DNA of 64,000 bases, taken from the NCBI GenBank assembly GCA_013359225.1, contig JABWCG010000001.1, forward strand, positions 206,362 through 270,361, given 5' to 3'. A model generated the notes under the pieces. The model saw nothing but the letters and a program-made list of their open reading frames with translations. It had not been told where the DNA came from and ran no database searches. This DNA is from Candidatus Buchananbacteria bacterium (GTDB taxonomy: Bacteria > Patescibacteriota > Patescibacteriia > Buchananbacterales > UBA6539). Position 1 is the stretch's first letter. Each line of letters opens with the position of its first letter. The translations under genes and the position numbers were made by a program. Below, in pieces: positions 56,492 to 64,000 of the stretch.

Positions 56492-57532
56492 ATGGTTAAA
56501 GCAATGAACCAAGAAATCAAAAAGTTTATTCAACAGTGGCAATACCTTGGTATTGTTATTTTTTTAGCCGTCTTGGCGGCTGGTTTTTTATTTTATTATT
56601 CAATCACGACTGAAAATTGGCTTGATTGGGATTCAACGATTAATCATCAAATTAGTCCGCAAACCGCTCGCTGGCTTGATGGAGTGATTGTTGACAGCAC
56701 CAAGGCCCGCCTTAAACCGTTTGCGGTGATGCTGGAAAATCATGTTGAAAGCCGTCCGGTGGCCGGATTAGAGCAGGCGAGTATTGTTTATGAAAGTATT
56801 GTTGAAGGAGACATCACGAGATTTTTAGCGGTCTTCGATCAGAATGTTGAGGTCAAAAAAATCGGTCCGGTTCGTTCTGCCCGGCCATTTTTTGTGGAAC
56901 TCGCTCAAGAATGGAATCCGGTTTATTTCCATGCTGGCGGCAGTGCTGAAGCGTTAGCAATGTTAAAAAAAAGCGAAATGTATAACATCAATGAAATTTC
57001 TGCCGATGGCATCTATTTTTGGCGTGACACTTCGCGCGCAGCACCACATAATCTGTTTACGTCGGCAGATCAAATCAGGCGGGCGATCCAAGCTAAAGAG
57101 ATTGATCCGGCCGCCGAGTTTAGTCCTTGGCAATTTAAAAATGATGATGTGCCAAACACTTCGGCTACCGGTGTGACCGATATCGAAGTTAATTTCAGCA
57201 GTAATGGGTTTTATCAGGTCCGTTATGAGTACGATCCGGATAACAACAATTACACCAGATATCTGGGGGGTAAGCTTCACAAGACGGAGAGTGGGATTAT
57301 TCTGAAAGCTAAAAATGTCATTGTTCAGCACGTTGACTATGATATCGTTGATGACTATGGCCGCTTGGCGGTTGATTTGGATGGCTCTGGTCCGGCAGAA
57401 ATGTATTTTGACGGCAATGTTGTTCAGGGTTCCTGGCAAAGAATTAACGGCCGAACCTACTTTTATGATAAATTTGAAAACCAGGTAAGCTTAAACCGCG
57501 GCACCACCTGGGTTGAGATTGTTTTCAACTAG
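56492..57532 (+). CDS. DUF3048 (YerB-like) membrane-anchored protein
   Basis: AVMLENH, EGDITRF, IGPVRSAR, HAGGS, APHNL. Confidence 0.85.
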   Translation: MVKAMNQEIKKFIQQWQYLGIVIFLAVLAAGFLFYYSITTENWLDWDSTINHQISPQTARWLDGVIVDSTKARLKPFAVMLENHVESRPVAGLEQASIVYESIVEGDITRFLAVFDQNVEVKKIGPVRSARPFFVELAQEWNPVYFHAGGSAEALAMLKKSEMYNINEISADGIYFWRDTSRAAPHNLFTSADQIRRAIQAKEIDPAAEFSPWQFKNDDVPNTSATGVTDIEVNFSSNGFYQVRYEYDPDNNNYTRYLGGKLHKTESGIILKAKNVIVQHVDYDIVDDYGRLAVDLDGSGPAEMYFDGNVVQGSWQRINGRTYFYDKFENQVSLNRGTTWVEIVFN

Positions 57533-57663
57533 GGATTTTTAGACAATTTGCCGGTATCGTATTTTTTACAAAAACCCCCAAAAAAGTAGGGGGTTTTTTG
57601 CTTGATAAGATTGACTAAATGGGGTACAATTTTAGGTGCTACTCGTAACCTTATGTATCCAGT

Positions 57664-59250
57664 ATGGCACTTGCCTTGTATCGAAAATATCGGCCGCAAT
57701 CTTTCAAAGATTTAGTTGGTCAAAACCATATCAAAACCACAATTCAAAATGAGCTGGAAACCGGCAAGGTCGCTCATGCGTATTTGTTTTCCGGTCCGCG
57801 TGGGCTGGGAAAAACTACCATGGCTCGACTTTTGGCAAAAGCGGTTAATTGTTTGAATCGTAAAGATTCTCAAAGTGAACCCTGTAACACATGTGCCGCT
57901 TGTTTAGAATTAATGGAGAATAAGAGTTTGGATGTCATTGAAATTGATGCCGCCTCCCATACTGGTGTTGATAATGTCCGTGAAAATATCATCGGTAGCG
58001 CTAGATTCACGCCAACGAGTCGAAAGTTTAAGGTGTTTATTATTGATGAAGTTCACATGCTGTCGATTTCGGCGTTTAACGCGTTGTTAAAAACCTTGGA
58101 AGAACCGCCAGCTCATGCAATTTTTGTTTTAGCCACTACTGAAATTCACAAGGTTCCACAAACCATCATTTCTCGTTGCCAACATTTTGAGTTTCGCAAG
58201 GTTGCCGATAGCGAAGTGCTGGAACGGTTAAACCATATTGCCCGCCAGGAAGGCATTGCCGTTGAGGCGTCAGTTTTGGAAAGCGTGGCATATTACGCCG
58301 GTGGCTGTTTGCGGGATGCGGAAAGTTTGCTGGGTCAAATTCTTTCACTCGGCGGTAAAAAAATAACGGCTGAACAGGCGGAATTGGTATTGCCTAGATC
58401 ACGTTTTGACTTGGCGCTTGAATTTATCAGTTTGTTAAACAAATCAGACGCTGCCGGAGCCATTACCTTGGTTAATGAATTGGTTCAGGAAGGGTTGGAC
58501 TTGGAAAAATTTACCGAAGAAACAATTGAACTGCTGCGAAAAATTTTGTTGCTTAAAATCAATAGCCAGCTGACCAAATTCAGTGGCAGTTTTAACAAGG
58601 ACCTGGAAAAGAAAATTAATGAATTAAGCCAGCAAACCAGCCTTAACTTTTTAATGAAAGCAATTGATGTATTGCTTGCAAAAAAGCTTGAATTACGCTA
58701 TGCTGAAATCCTACAGCTACCCCTTGAGTTAGCTGTTTTAGAAATCATTCAAGCAAACCCGACTGACACGCATGACGATAGCGCTGGCTTGGCGCCTGAC
58801 AGTAAGACTAAAACTACTGAAACGAAAAAAACGGTAGCAAAGCCAAAAACCGCGCCAATGCTGGCAAAAGTGGCTGAAGCGCCGTTAACTCAACCGACAA
58901 AGGTTGGGATTACACTCAATCAGATTAAAAGCCGATGGCAAGATGTTTTAAATCATATTAAAGATTTAAATTATAGCCTGGCTTCAACCCTGAAAATTGC
59001 AAACCCGTCAGCATTGTCAGACGACGGTACGCTGGAAGTGTGCTTTGAGCATAAGTTTCACCAGCAGCGCGTGAATGATTTGAAAAACAAAAAAACAGTT
59101 GAAGACGTATTGCATCAGATATTCGGTACGCCGTTGATCTTAAAAACTGTTGTGGTAAACGCAATGGTGCAGGAAGAAATCAACCAGCCTAAAAATGACG
59201 AAGCTGTCAATGTGGTGCTGCAGTCGTTTGGTGGACGATTAATTGAATAA
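57664..59250 (+). CDS. dnaX: DNA polymerase III subunit gamma/tau
   Basis: LYRKYRP, GPRGLGKTT, EIDAAS, DEVHML, SRC. Confidence 0.97.
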   Translation: MALALYRKYRPQSFKDLVGQNHIKTTIQNELETGKVAHAYLFSGPRGLGKTTMARLLAKAVNCLNRKDSQSEPCNTCAACLELMENKSLDVIEIDAASHTGVDNVRENIIGSARFTPTSRKFKVFIIDEVHMLSISAFNALLKTLEEPPAHAIFVLATTEIHKVPQTIISRCQHFEFRKVADSEVLERLNHIARQEGIAVEASVLESVAYYAGGCLRDAESLLGQILSLGGKKITAEQAELVLPRSRFDLALEFISLLNKSDAAGAITLVNELVQEGLDLEKFTEETIELLRKILLLKINSQLTKFSGSFNKDLEKKINELSQQTSLNFLMKAIDVLLAKKLELRYAEILQLPLELAVLEIIQANPTDTHDDSAGLAPDSKTKTTETKKTVAKPKTAPMLAKVAEAPLTQPTKVGITLNQIKSRWQDVLNHIKDLNYSLASTLKIANPSALSDDGTLEVCFEHKFHQQRVNDLKNKKTVEDVLHQIFGTPLILKTVVVNAMVQEEINQPKNDEAVNVVLQSFGGRLIE

Positions 59251-59317
59251 TGGTTAGACTGTTTGTTCAACTTAATCTTCGTTAAATAATTTGGTATTTA
59301 AAAATCGTTTATAAACC

Positions 59318-59388
59318 TCGGGGGTCGTCTAATGGTAGGACGCCAGATTCTGGCTCTGGTAATTGGGGTTCGAGTCCCTGCCCCCGAG
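59318..59388 (+). tRNA. tRNA-Gln (anticodon CTG), CCA not encoded
   Basis: TCGGGGG...CCAGA-TTCTGGC-TCTGG...GGTTCGAGTCC...CCCCCGA-G; U1-A72. Confidence 0.95.
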
Positions 59389-59437
59389 GTTTGTAAATGA
59401 ATCCATAATTATTTAACTTCCAGTGAAGTGGGACGAG

Positions 59438-59489
59438 TGAGGGGGTTTGCACTAATAGTGATTGAAATTTGAATTCCTGCCGCCACAGG
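59438..59489 (+). pseudogene. Possible degenerate partial copy of tRNA-Gln
   Basis: ATTGAAATTTGAATTCCTGCC differs from tRNA ATTGGGGTTCGAGTCCCTGCC only by transitions. Confidence 0.35.
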
Positions 59490-59503
59490 GTAAAACAAAT
59501 TTT

Positions 59504-60412
59504 ATGCAAAAAATTACGCCACATTTATGGTTTGATAAACAGGCAGTTGAGGCTGCTGAATTTTATACTAAAGTATTTTTTGATTCTAAGATAATTTCTC
59601 AATCAAAAATTAAAGACACGCCTTCCGGCGACTGCGATATTGTTGATTTTGAGATAATGGGCTACCGCTTGATGGCTATAAGCGCTGGGCCATTTTTTAA
59701 ATTTAACCCGTCAATTTCAATGATGGTTAATTTTGACCCGGCCCAAGACCAGAATGCCCGAAAGCGAATTGATGAAGTTTGGGAAAAGCTTTTGGAAGGT
59801 GGGCAGGCCTTAATGCCTTTAGATAAATATCCGTTTAGTGAACGCTATGGCTGGGTTCAGGACAAATACGGTTTTTCCTGGCAGTTGATTTTAACAAATC
59901 CCAAAGGAGAAAAGCGGCCACAAATTATTCCGGCAATGCTTTTTGTCACGCCTACTTGTGAGGCGGCCGAAGCGGCCACTGATTTTTATCTATCTATTTT
60001 TAAAAACGCCAAGCGCGGTATGATTGCTCGCTATCCGGCAGGCATGCAGCCGAATAAAGAAGGCGCAATCATGTTTACCGATTTCATGTTGGAAGGTCAA
60101 TGGTTTGCGGCTATGGATGCAAGTAGTCAGGTGCATAAATTTAATTTTAATGAAGCACTTTCGTTGGTAGTCAATTGCGAAGACCAGGCTGAGATTGATT
60201 ATTACTGGGAAAAACTTTCAGCGGTTCCTGAATCAGAGCAGTGCGGCTGGCTTAAAGATAAATACGGAGTGTCCTGGCAGATTGTTCCTAGTGTGATGAA
60301 CCAAATGATGAAAAGCGGCAGCCCAGAGCAAGTTGCTAACTTAACCAAAGCTTTTTTACAAATGAAAAAATTTGATATTGCTAAATTAGAAAAAGCTTTT
60401 AATCAAAAATAA
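59504..60412 (+). CDS. VOC family protein (PhnB / 3-demethylubiquinone-9 MT-like, two domains)
   Basis: QKITPHLWFD, YGWVQDKYGFSWQ, CGWLKDKYGVSWQ. Confidence 0.9.
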   Translation: MQKITPHLWFDKQAVEAAEFYTKVFFDSKIISQSKIKDTPSGDCDIVDFEIMGYRLMAISAGPFFKFNPSISMMVNFDPAQDQNARKRIDEVWEKLLEGGQALMPLDKYPFSERYGWVQDKYGFSWQLILTNPKGEKRPQIIPAMLFVTPTCEAAEAATDFYLSIFKNAKRGMIARYPAGMQPNKEGAIMFTDFMLEGQWFAAMDASSQVHKFNFNEALSLVVNCEDQAEIDYYWEKLSAVPESEQCGWLKDKYGVSWQIVPSVMNQMMKSGSPEQVANLTKAFLQMKKFDIAKLEKAFNQK

Positions 60413-61363
60413 ATGGATCGTAACTTAGCTTTAGAATTTGTCAGGGTAACTGAAGCCGCGGCAATCGCCGCGGCGAAATGGGTTGGTCGTGGCGATAAAA
60501 TAGCAGCCGATCAGGCCGCCGTTGACGAAATGCGTGATCGGTTTAACCAAATTAATTTTTCCGGAACGGTTGTCATTGGTGAAGGCGAAAAAGATGAAGC
60601 GCCAAAACTATATACCGGCGAAAAAGTTGGCAAAGGAGATAAACCAGAAATGGATTTAGCAATTGATCCTTTGGAATGTACTAACAGTGTGGCTTGGGGG
60701 CGCTATAATGCTATCACGGTCATTGCCTCCGGTCCTAGGGGCAGCCTACTTCATGCCCCTGACACTTACATGGATAAAATTGCCTCCGGTCCTAAGGCGG
60801 CAGCAGTTATTGACCTTGACGCTTCGGTTAAAGATAACTTAACTAAAGTGGCAAAAATTTTAAAAAAAGATATTAACGAGGTTACGGTCGTCGTCTTAGA
60901 TCGTCCTCGAAATGAAAATTTAATTAAAGAAATTAGAAACGTTGGCTCAAGGGTAAGATTAATTACGGATGGCGATGTCGCTGGAGCAGTAGCAACTTGT
61001 TTGCCTAAAAGTGGTATTGATTTATTAATGGGTAGTGGCGGCAGCACGGAAGCGGTTTTGGCGGCAGTAGCAGTCAAAATATTTGGTGGGGGAATTGTTT
61101 GTCGATTTAGACCAGATCTCAGAAACGACGAGGACGAAGTAAAAAAATATTTAAGTAAAATTAATATTAAAAATATTAATCATATTTTTCACGCCAAAGA
61201 TTTGGCTCAAGGCGATCAACTGACTTTTACCGCAACGGGAGTTATTGACGGCCCAATTCTCAATGGCGTTTTATTTGAAGAGGATAAAATTATCACTAAT
61301 TCAATTGTCATCAGGGGAGTTTCGGGAACGGTTAGATATATTACTACTCATCATCGAACTTAA
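60413..61363 (+). CDS. glpX: Class II fructose-1,6-bisphosphatase
   Basis: VRVTEAAA, IGEGEKDEAP, DPLECT, APDTYMDK, ATGVIDG. Confidence 0.95.
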   Translation: MDRNLALEFVRVTEAAAIAAAKWVGRGDKIAADQAAVDEMRDRFNQINFSGTVVIGEGEKDEAPKLYTGEKVGKGDKPEMDLAIDPLECTNSVAWGRYNAITVIASGPRGSLLHAPDTYMDKIASGPKAAAVIDLDASVKDNLTKVAKILKKDINEVTVVVLDRPRNENLIKEIRNVGSRVRLITDGDVAGAVATCLPKSGIDLLMGSGGSTEAVLAAVAVKIFGGGIVCRFRPDLRNDEDEVKKYLSKINIKNINHIFHAKDLAQGDQLTFTATGVIDGPILNGVLFEEDKIITNSIVIRGVSGTVRYITTHHRT

Positions 61364-61387
61364 AATTTGTTCATAATAAAAACTAAA

Positions 61388-62413
61388 ATGATTGATCAAG
61401 TAAAAATTAACGGACTTAATCAAATTGCCAAAACTTTACTGACGCCAGGTAAAGGCATTTTAGCGGCCGATGAGAGTTTTGGCACAATCGGTAAACGTTT
61501 TGATAAAATTGGTTTAGCTTCAACCGAAGAAAATCGTCGCGCCTATCGGGAAATGTTACTAACCGCGCCTGAACTTAACAAATATATTTCAGGCGTTATT
61601 ATGTTTGATGAAACGATTCGTCAGTCAACGGCTGATGGTGTTTTGTTTGTTGAGGTTTTAACTAAAGCCGGTATCTTGCCTGGTATTAAGGTTGATCAGA
61701 GTACAACCGAGATGCCTGAATCACCGACCGAAAAATTAACGAAAGGTTTAATTGGGCTACCCGAACGTCTAAAGGAATATGCTGCCTTGGGCGCCAAATT
61801 CGCTAAATGGCGGGCGGTTATTACCATTAGTGACACAACACCAACGGAAAATAATTTAAGACAAAATGCTTTGGACTTAGCACAATATGCCAAGGATTGT
61901 CAGGATGCCGGGTTGGTTCCGATCGTTGAGCCGGAAGTTTTAATGGACGGCTCTCATACGATGGAAAGATGTGCTGAAGTTTCAAAACAAATTTTAACAA
62001 TGTTGTTTGAAGAATTAAATAATTTGGAAGTTGCGATTGAGGGTGTTTTACTTAAAACTAATATGGTTGTTCCCGGTAAAAATTCTGGGCAAAAAGCAAG
62101 CTCAAACCAAATCGCCGAAGCCACCATTAAACTTTTTAAGGATGTCTTGCCGGCCAATCTTCCGGGCCAAGTCTTTTTGTCTGGCGGTCAAACCGAGGTT
62201 GAAGCAACGGTTAATCTTAACGCCATCAACAGTCACGGGCCTTTTCCCTGGCCGTTAAGTTTTTCTTATGGCCGGGCGCTTCAGGATAGTGCTTTAGCAA
62301 CTTGGAATGGTGAGGCTAAAAATGTGGTTGCCGCCCAAACCAAATTGATTCATCGGGCAAAAATGAACAGCTTGGCGGCTTTGGGCCAATATAACCAAGA
62401 GTTGGAGCGTTAA
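61388..62413 (+). CDS. Class I fructose-bisphosphate aldolase
   Basis: GKGILAADES, FAKWR, PIVEPEV, LLKTNMV, FLSGGQ, FSYGRALQ. Confidence 0.95.
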   Translation: MIDQVKINGLNQIAKTLLTPGKGILAADESFGTIGKRFDKIGLASTEENRRAYREMLLTAPELNKYISGVIMFDETIRQSTADGVLFVEVLTKAGILPGIKVDQSTTEMPESPTEKLTKGLIGLPERLKEYAALGAKFAKWRAVITISDTTPTENNLRQNALDLAQYAKDCQDAGLVPIVEPEVLMDGSHTMERCAEVSKQILTMLFEELNNLEVAIEGVLLKTNMVVPGKNSGQKASSNQIAEATIKLFKDVLPANLPGQVFLSGGQTEVEATVNLNAINSHGPFPWPLSFSYGRALQDSALATWNGEAKNVVAAQTKLIHRAKMNSLAALGQYNQELER

Positions 62414-62417
62414 TTTT

Positions 62418-62999
62418 ATGTCCAAGCGAGCAGTTATTGTTCACTGTTGGGACGGCTCTCCGGATTATTGTTGGTATCCGGCCACTAAAACCCAGCTGGA
62501 ACAAAATCAATTTTCAGTCACGGTGCCGGCATTTCCCGAAACCGAAGCGCCAAATTTGGCAAAGTGGCTACCTATGCTACAAACCGTTGTTGGCACGCCA
62601 GATGAAAATTTATTTTTAATCGGTCACAGCGTTGGATGTATTACCATTCTACGGTATTTAGAATCGTTAGCTCCTGGACAAAAGATTGGCGGCGTGGTAT
62701 TGGTAGCTGGCTTTACAGATGACTTAGGCTATGATGAACTAAAGAATTTTTTTCAAACCAATATTGATTTCCAAAAAATTAAAAGCCATTGTCCAAAATT
62801 TGTGGCCATTCATTCCGATAACGACCCCTATGTTGATTTAAAGCACGCCGATGTTTTTAAGGCGGAGTTGAATGCTGAAATAATTGTTAAGCACCAGGCC
62901 GGGCATTTTTCAGGCGAGGTTGACAATGAAACTAGCTGCCGTAATTTGCCGGAAGTAAGTGATACCGTTTTAAAAATGATTAACCATAAGCAATCATAA
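62418..62999 (+). CDS. RBBP9/YdeN family alpha/beta hydrolase
   Basis: GHSVG nucleophile, SDNDPYV, AGHF. Confidence 0.9.
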   Translation: MSKRAVIVHCWDGSPDYCWYPATKTQLEQNQFSVTVPAFPETEAPNLAKWLPMLQTVVGTPDENLFLIGHSVGCITILRYLESLAPGQKIGGVVLVAGFTDDLGYDELKNFFQTNIDFQKIKSHCPKFVAIHSDNDPYVDLKHADVFKAELNAEIIVKHQAGHFSGEVDNETSCRNLPEVSDTVLKMINHKQS

Positions 63000-63901
63000 T
63001 GAATATTCCAGTTAAAACTTTAGCTTCCGGTTTTAGTATGCCGGTATTTGGGATTGGCACCTACGGCATGGGCGGCCTTAGCACGATTGACCCGGCTAAC
63101 GATGACAATGCTGACATCGCGGCAATTAAAGCGGCGATCCAGCGCGGCGTGACCCATATTGACACCGCCGAGCTTTATGCCCAGGGCAAAGCTGAACAGC
63201 TCCTTGGCGAGGCGATTAAGGGTTACGACCGCCAAAGACTGTTTATTGTTTCAAAGGTGTACCAGGATAATTTGGCGTATGATAATGTTTTAAAGTCGTG
63301 CGAAGAAAGCCTGAAACGTCTTGGTACTGATTACCTTGATCTATATTTAATTCATAAATTCAACCCGGCCATTCCATTATCAGACACGCTCAAAGCCTTT
63401 GATGAATTAGTTAGGCGGGGATTAATAAAGCATATCGGAGTTTCTAATTTCTGTGCTGACCATCTGAAAGAAGCTCAGAGGTATACGGAAAATAAAATTG
63501 TTTTTAATCAGGTTCATTATAATTTGGTTTTTCGGGAGCCACAACGTAAGGGCTTGCTTGATTACTGCCAGCAAAATGATGTCATTCTGGGTGCTTGGCG
63601 GCCGATTGAACGGGGGATGCTTACTACGGATTTACCGCCCATTATGAAAGAAATGATGCAAAAGTACCAAAAATCGGCGGCGCAGATTGCCATTAATTGG
63701 CTGGTTAGCCAGCCTAATGTTGTCACGCTTTCCAAAAGTACCAACATCAGCCATTTGGAAGATAATCTTGGTGCCCTTACTTGGGAGATGTCGGAAACTG
63801 ATATTCGCAAATTAACTAATGAGTTTCCCGGCCAGCAAGATGTTTCCAACCGCCAACCATTAAGTGATGAGATTCTTAAAGAATATAATAACCAACAATA
63901 A
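62999..63901 (+). CDS. Aldo/keto reductase
   Basis: IDTAELY, SKV, LDLYLIH, IGVSNF, NQVHY. Confidence 0.95.
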   Translation: MNIPVKTLASGFSMPVFGIGTYGMGGLSTIDPANDDNADIAAIKAAIQRGVTHIDTAELYAQGKAEQLLGEAIKGYDRQRLFIVSKVYQDNLAYDNVLKSCEESLKRLGTDYLDLYLIHKFNPAIPLSDTLKAFDELVRRGLIKHIGVSNFCADHLKEAQRYTENKIVFNQVHYNLVFREPQRKGLLDYCQQNDVILGAWRPIERGMLTTDLPPIMKEMMQKYQKSAAQIAINWLVSQPNVVTLSKSTNISHLEDNLGALTWEMSETDIRKLTNEFPGQQDVSNRQPLSDEILKEYNNQQ

Positions 63902-63906
63902 ATAAT

Positions 63907-64000
63907 ATGCTAGACAAGTTAAAACAGCTTAAACAGTTAAAATCACTGCACGACGCCGCGAAGTCAGAACGATTTGAAGCTTCAAAAGACGGCGTTAAGA
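63907..64000 (+). CDS. Probable YbaB/EbfC nucleoid-associated protein, N-terminal fragment
   Basis: MLDKLKQLKQLKSLHDAAKSERFEASKDGVK; pattern and position downstream of dnaX; truncated by the window. Confidence 0.5.
   Translation, partial: MLDKLKQLKQLKSLHDAAKSERFEASKDGVK

Noticed and set aside
57533-57663. SRP RNA upstream of dnaX
   Set aside because: No SRP domain IV motif seen; only a terminator and promoter-like sequence.
59309-59524. 71-aa minus-strand ORF
   Set aside because: Antisense translation through tRNA-Gln.

Overview
Bacterial chromosomal window of moderate-to-low GC (about 40% by eye). Gene content and style (short HrcA, VirB4-like ATPase, CAP-domain and repeat surface proteins, few Shine-Dalgarno sites) suggest Patescibacteria/CPR, Parcubacteria-like; this is an inference. 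Housekeeping content: prmC-prfA-rpmE, a CIRCE-controlled hrcA-grpE-hsp20-dnaK-DUF3467-dnaJ heat-shock cluster, typA, queA, rodA, rplY, dnaX, glpX plus class I aldolase, tRNA-Glu(CTC) and tRNA-Gln(CTG). Accessory content: a surface-glycosylation-like locus (three GT2 genes, two polytopic GT-C-like proteins, a CBM-like repeat protein, a repeat surface protein) and an AT-rich OLD-family nuclease islet at tRNA-Glu. No CRISPR array, rRNA, transposase or integrase was seen. Most interesting signals: (1) DnaJ has HPH instead of HPD while DnaK has Gln at the R167-equivalent contact, a possible co-evolved chaperone pair; (2) three dispersed GC-rich single-gene cassettes share a near-consensus sigma70 promoter, structured leader, strong SD and a 12-nt 3' motif before an interrupted terminator, and two also share a three-way-junction leader and an inverted repeat over the -35; (3) a leader-peptide attenuator precedes rnk, inside a module flanked by 24-bp direct repeats; (4) an APS kinase is fused to a small HxGH nucleotidyltransferase. 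All calls are by eye; no database searches or folding computations were run.
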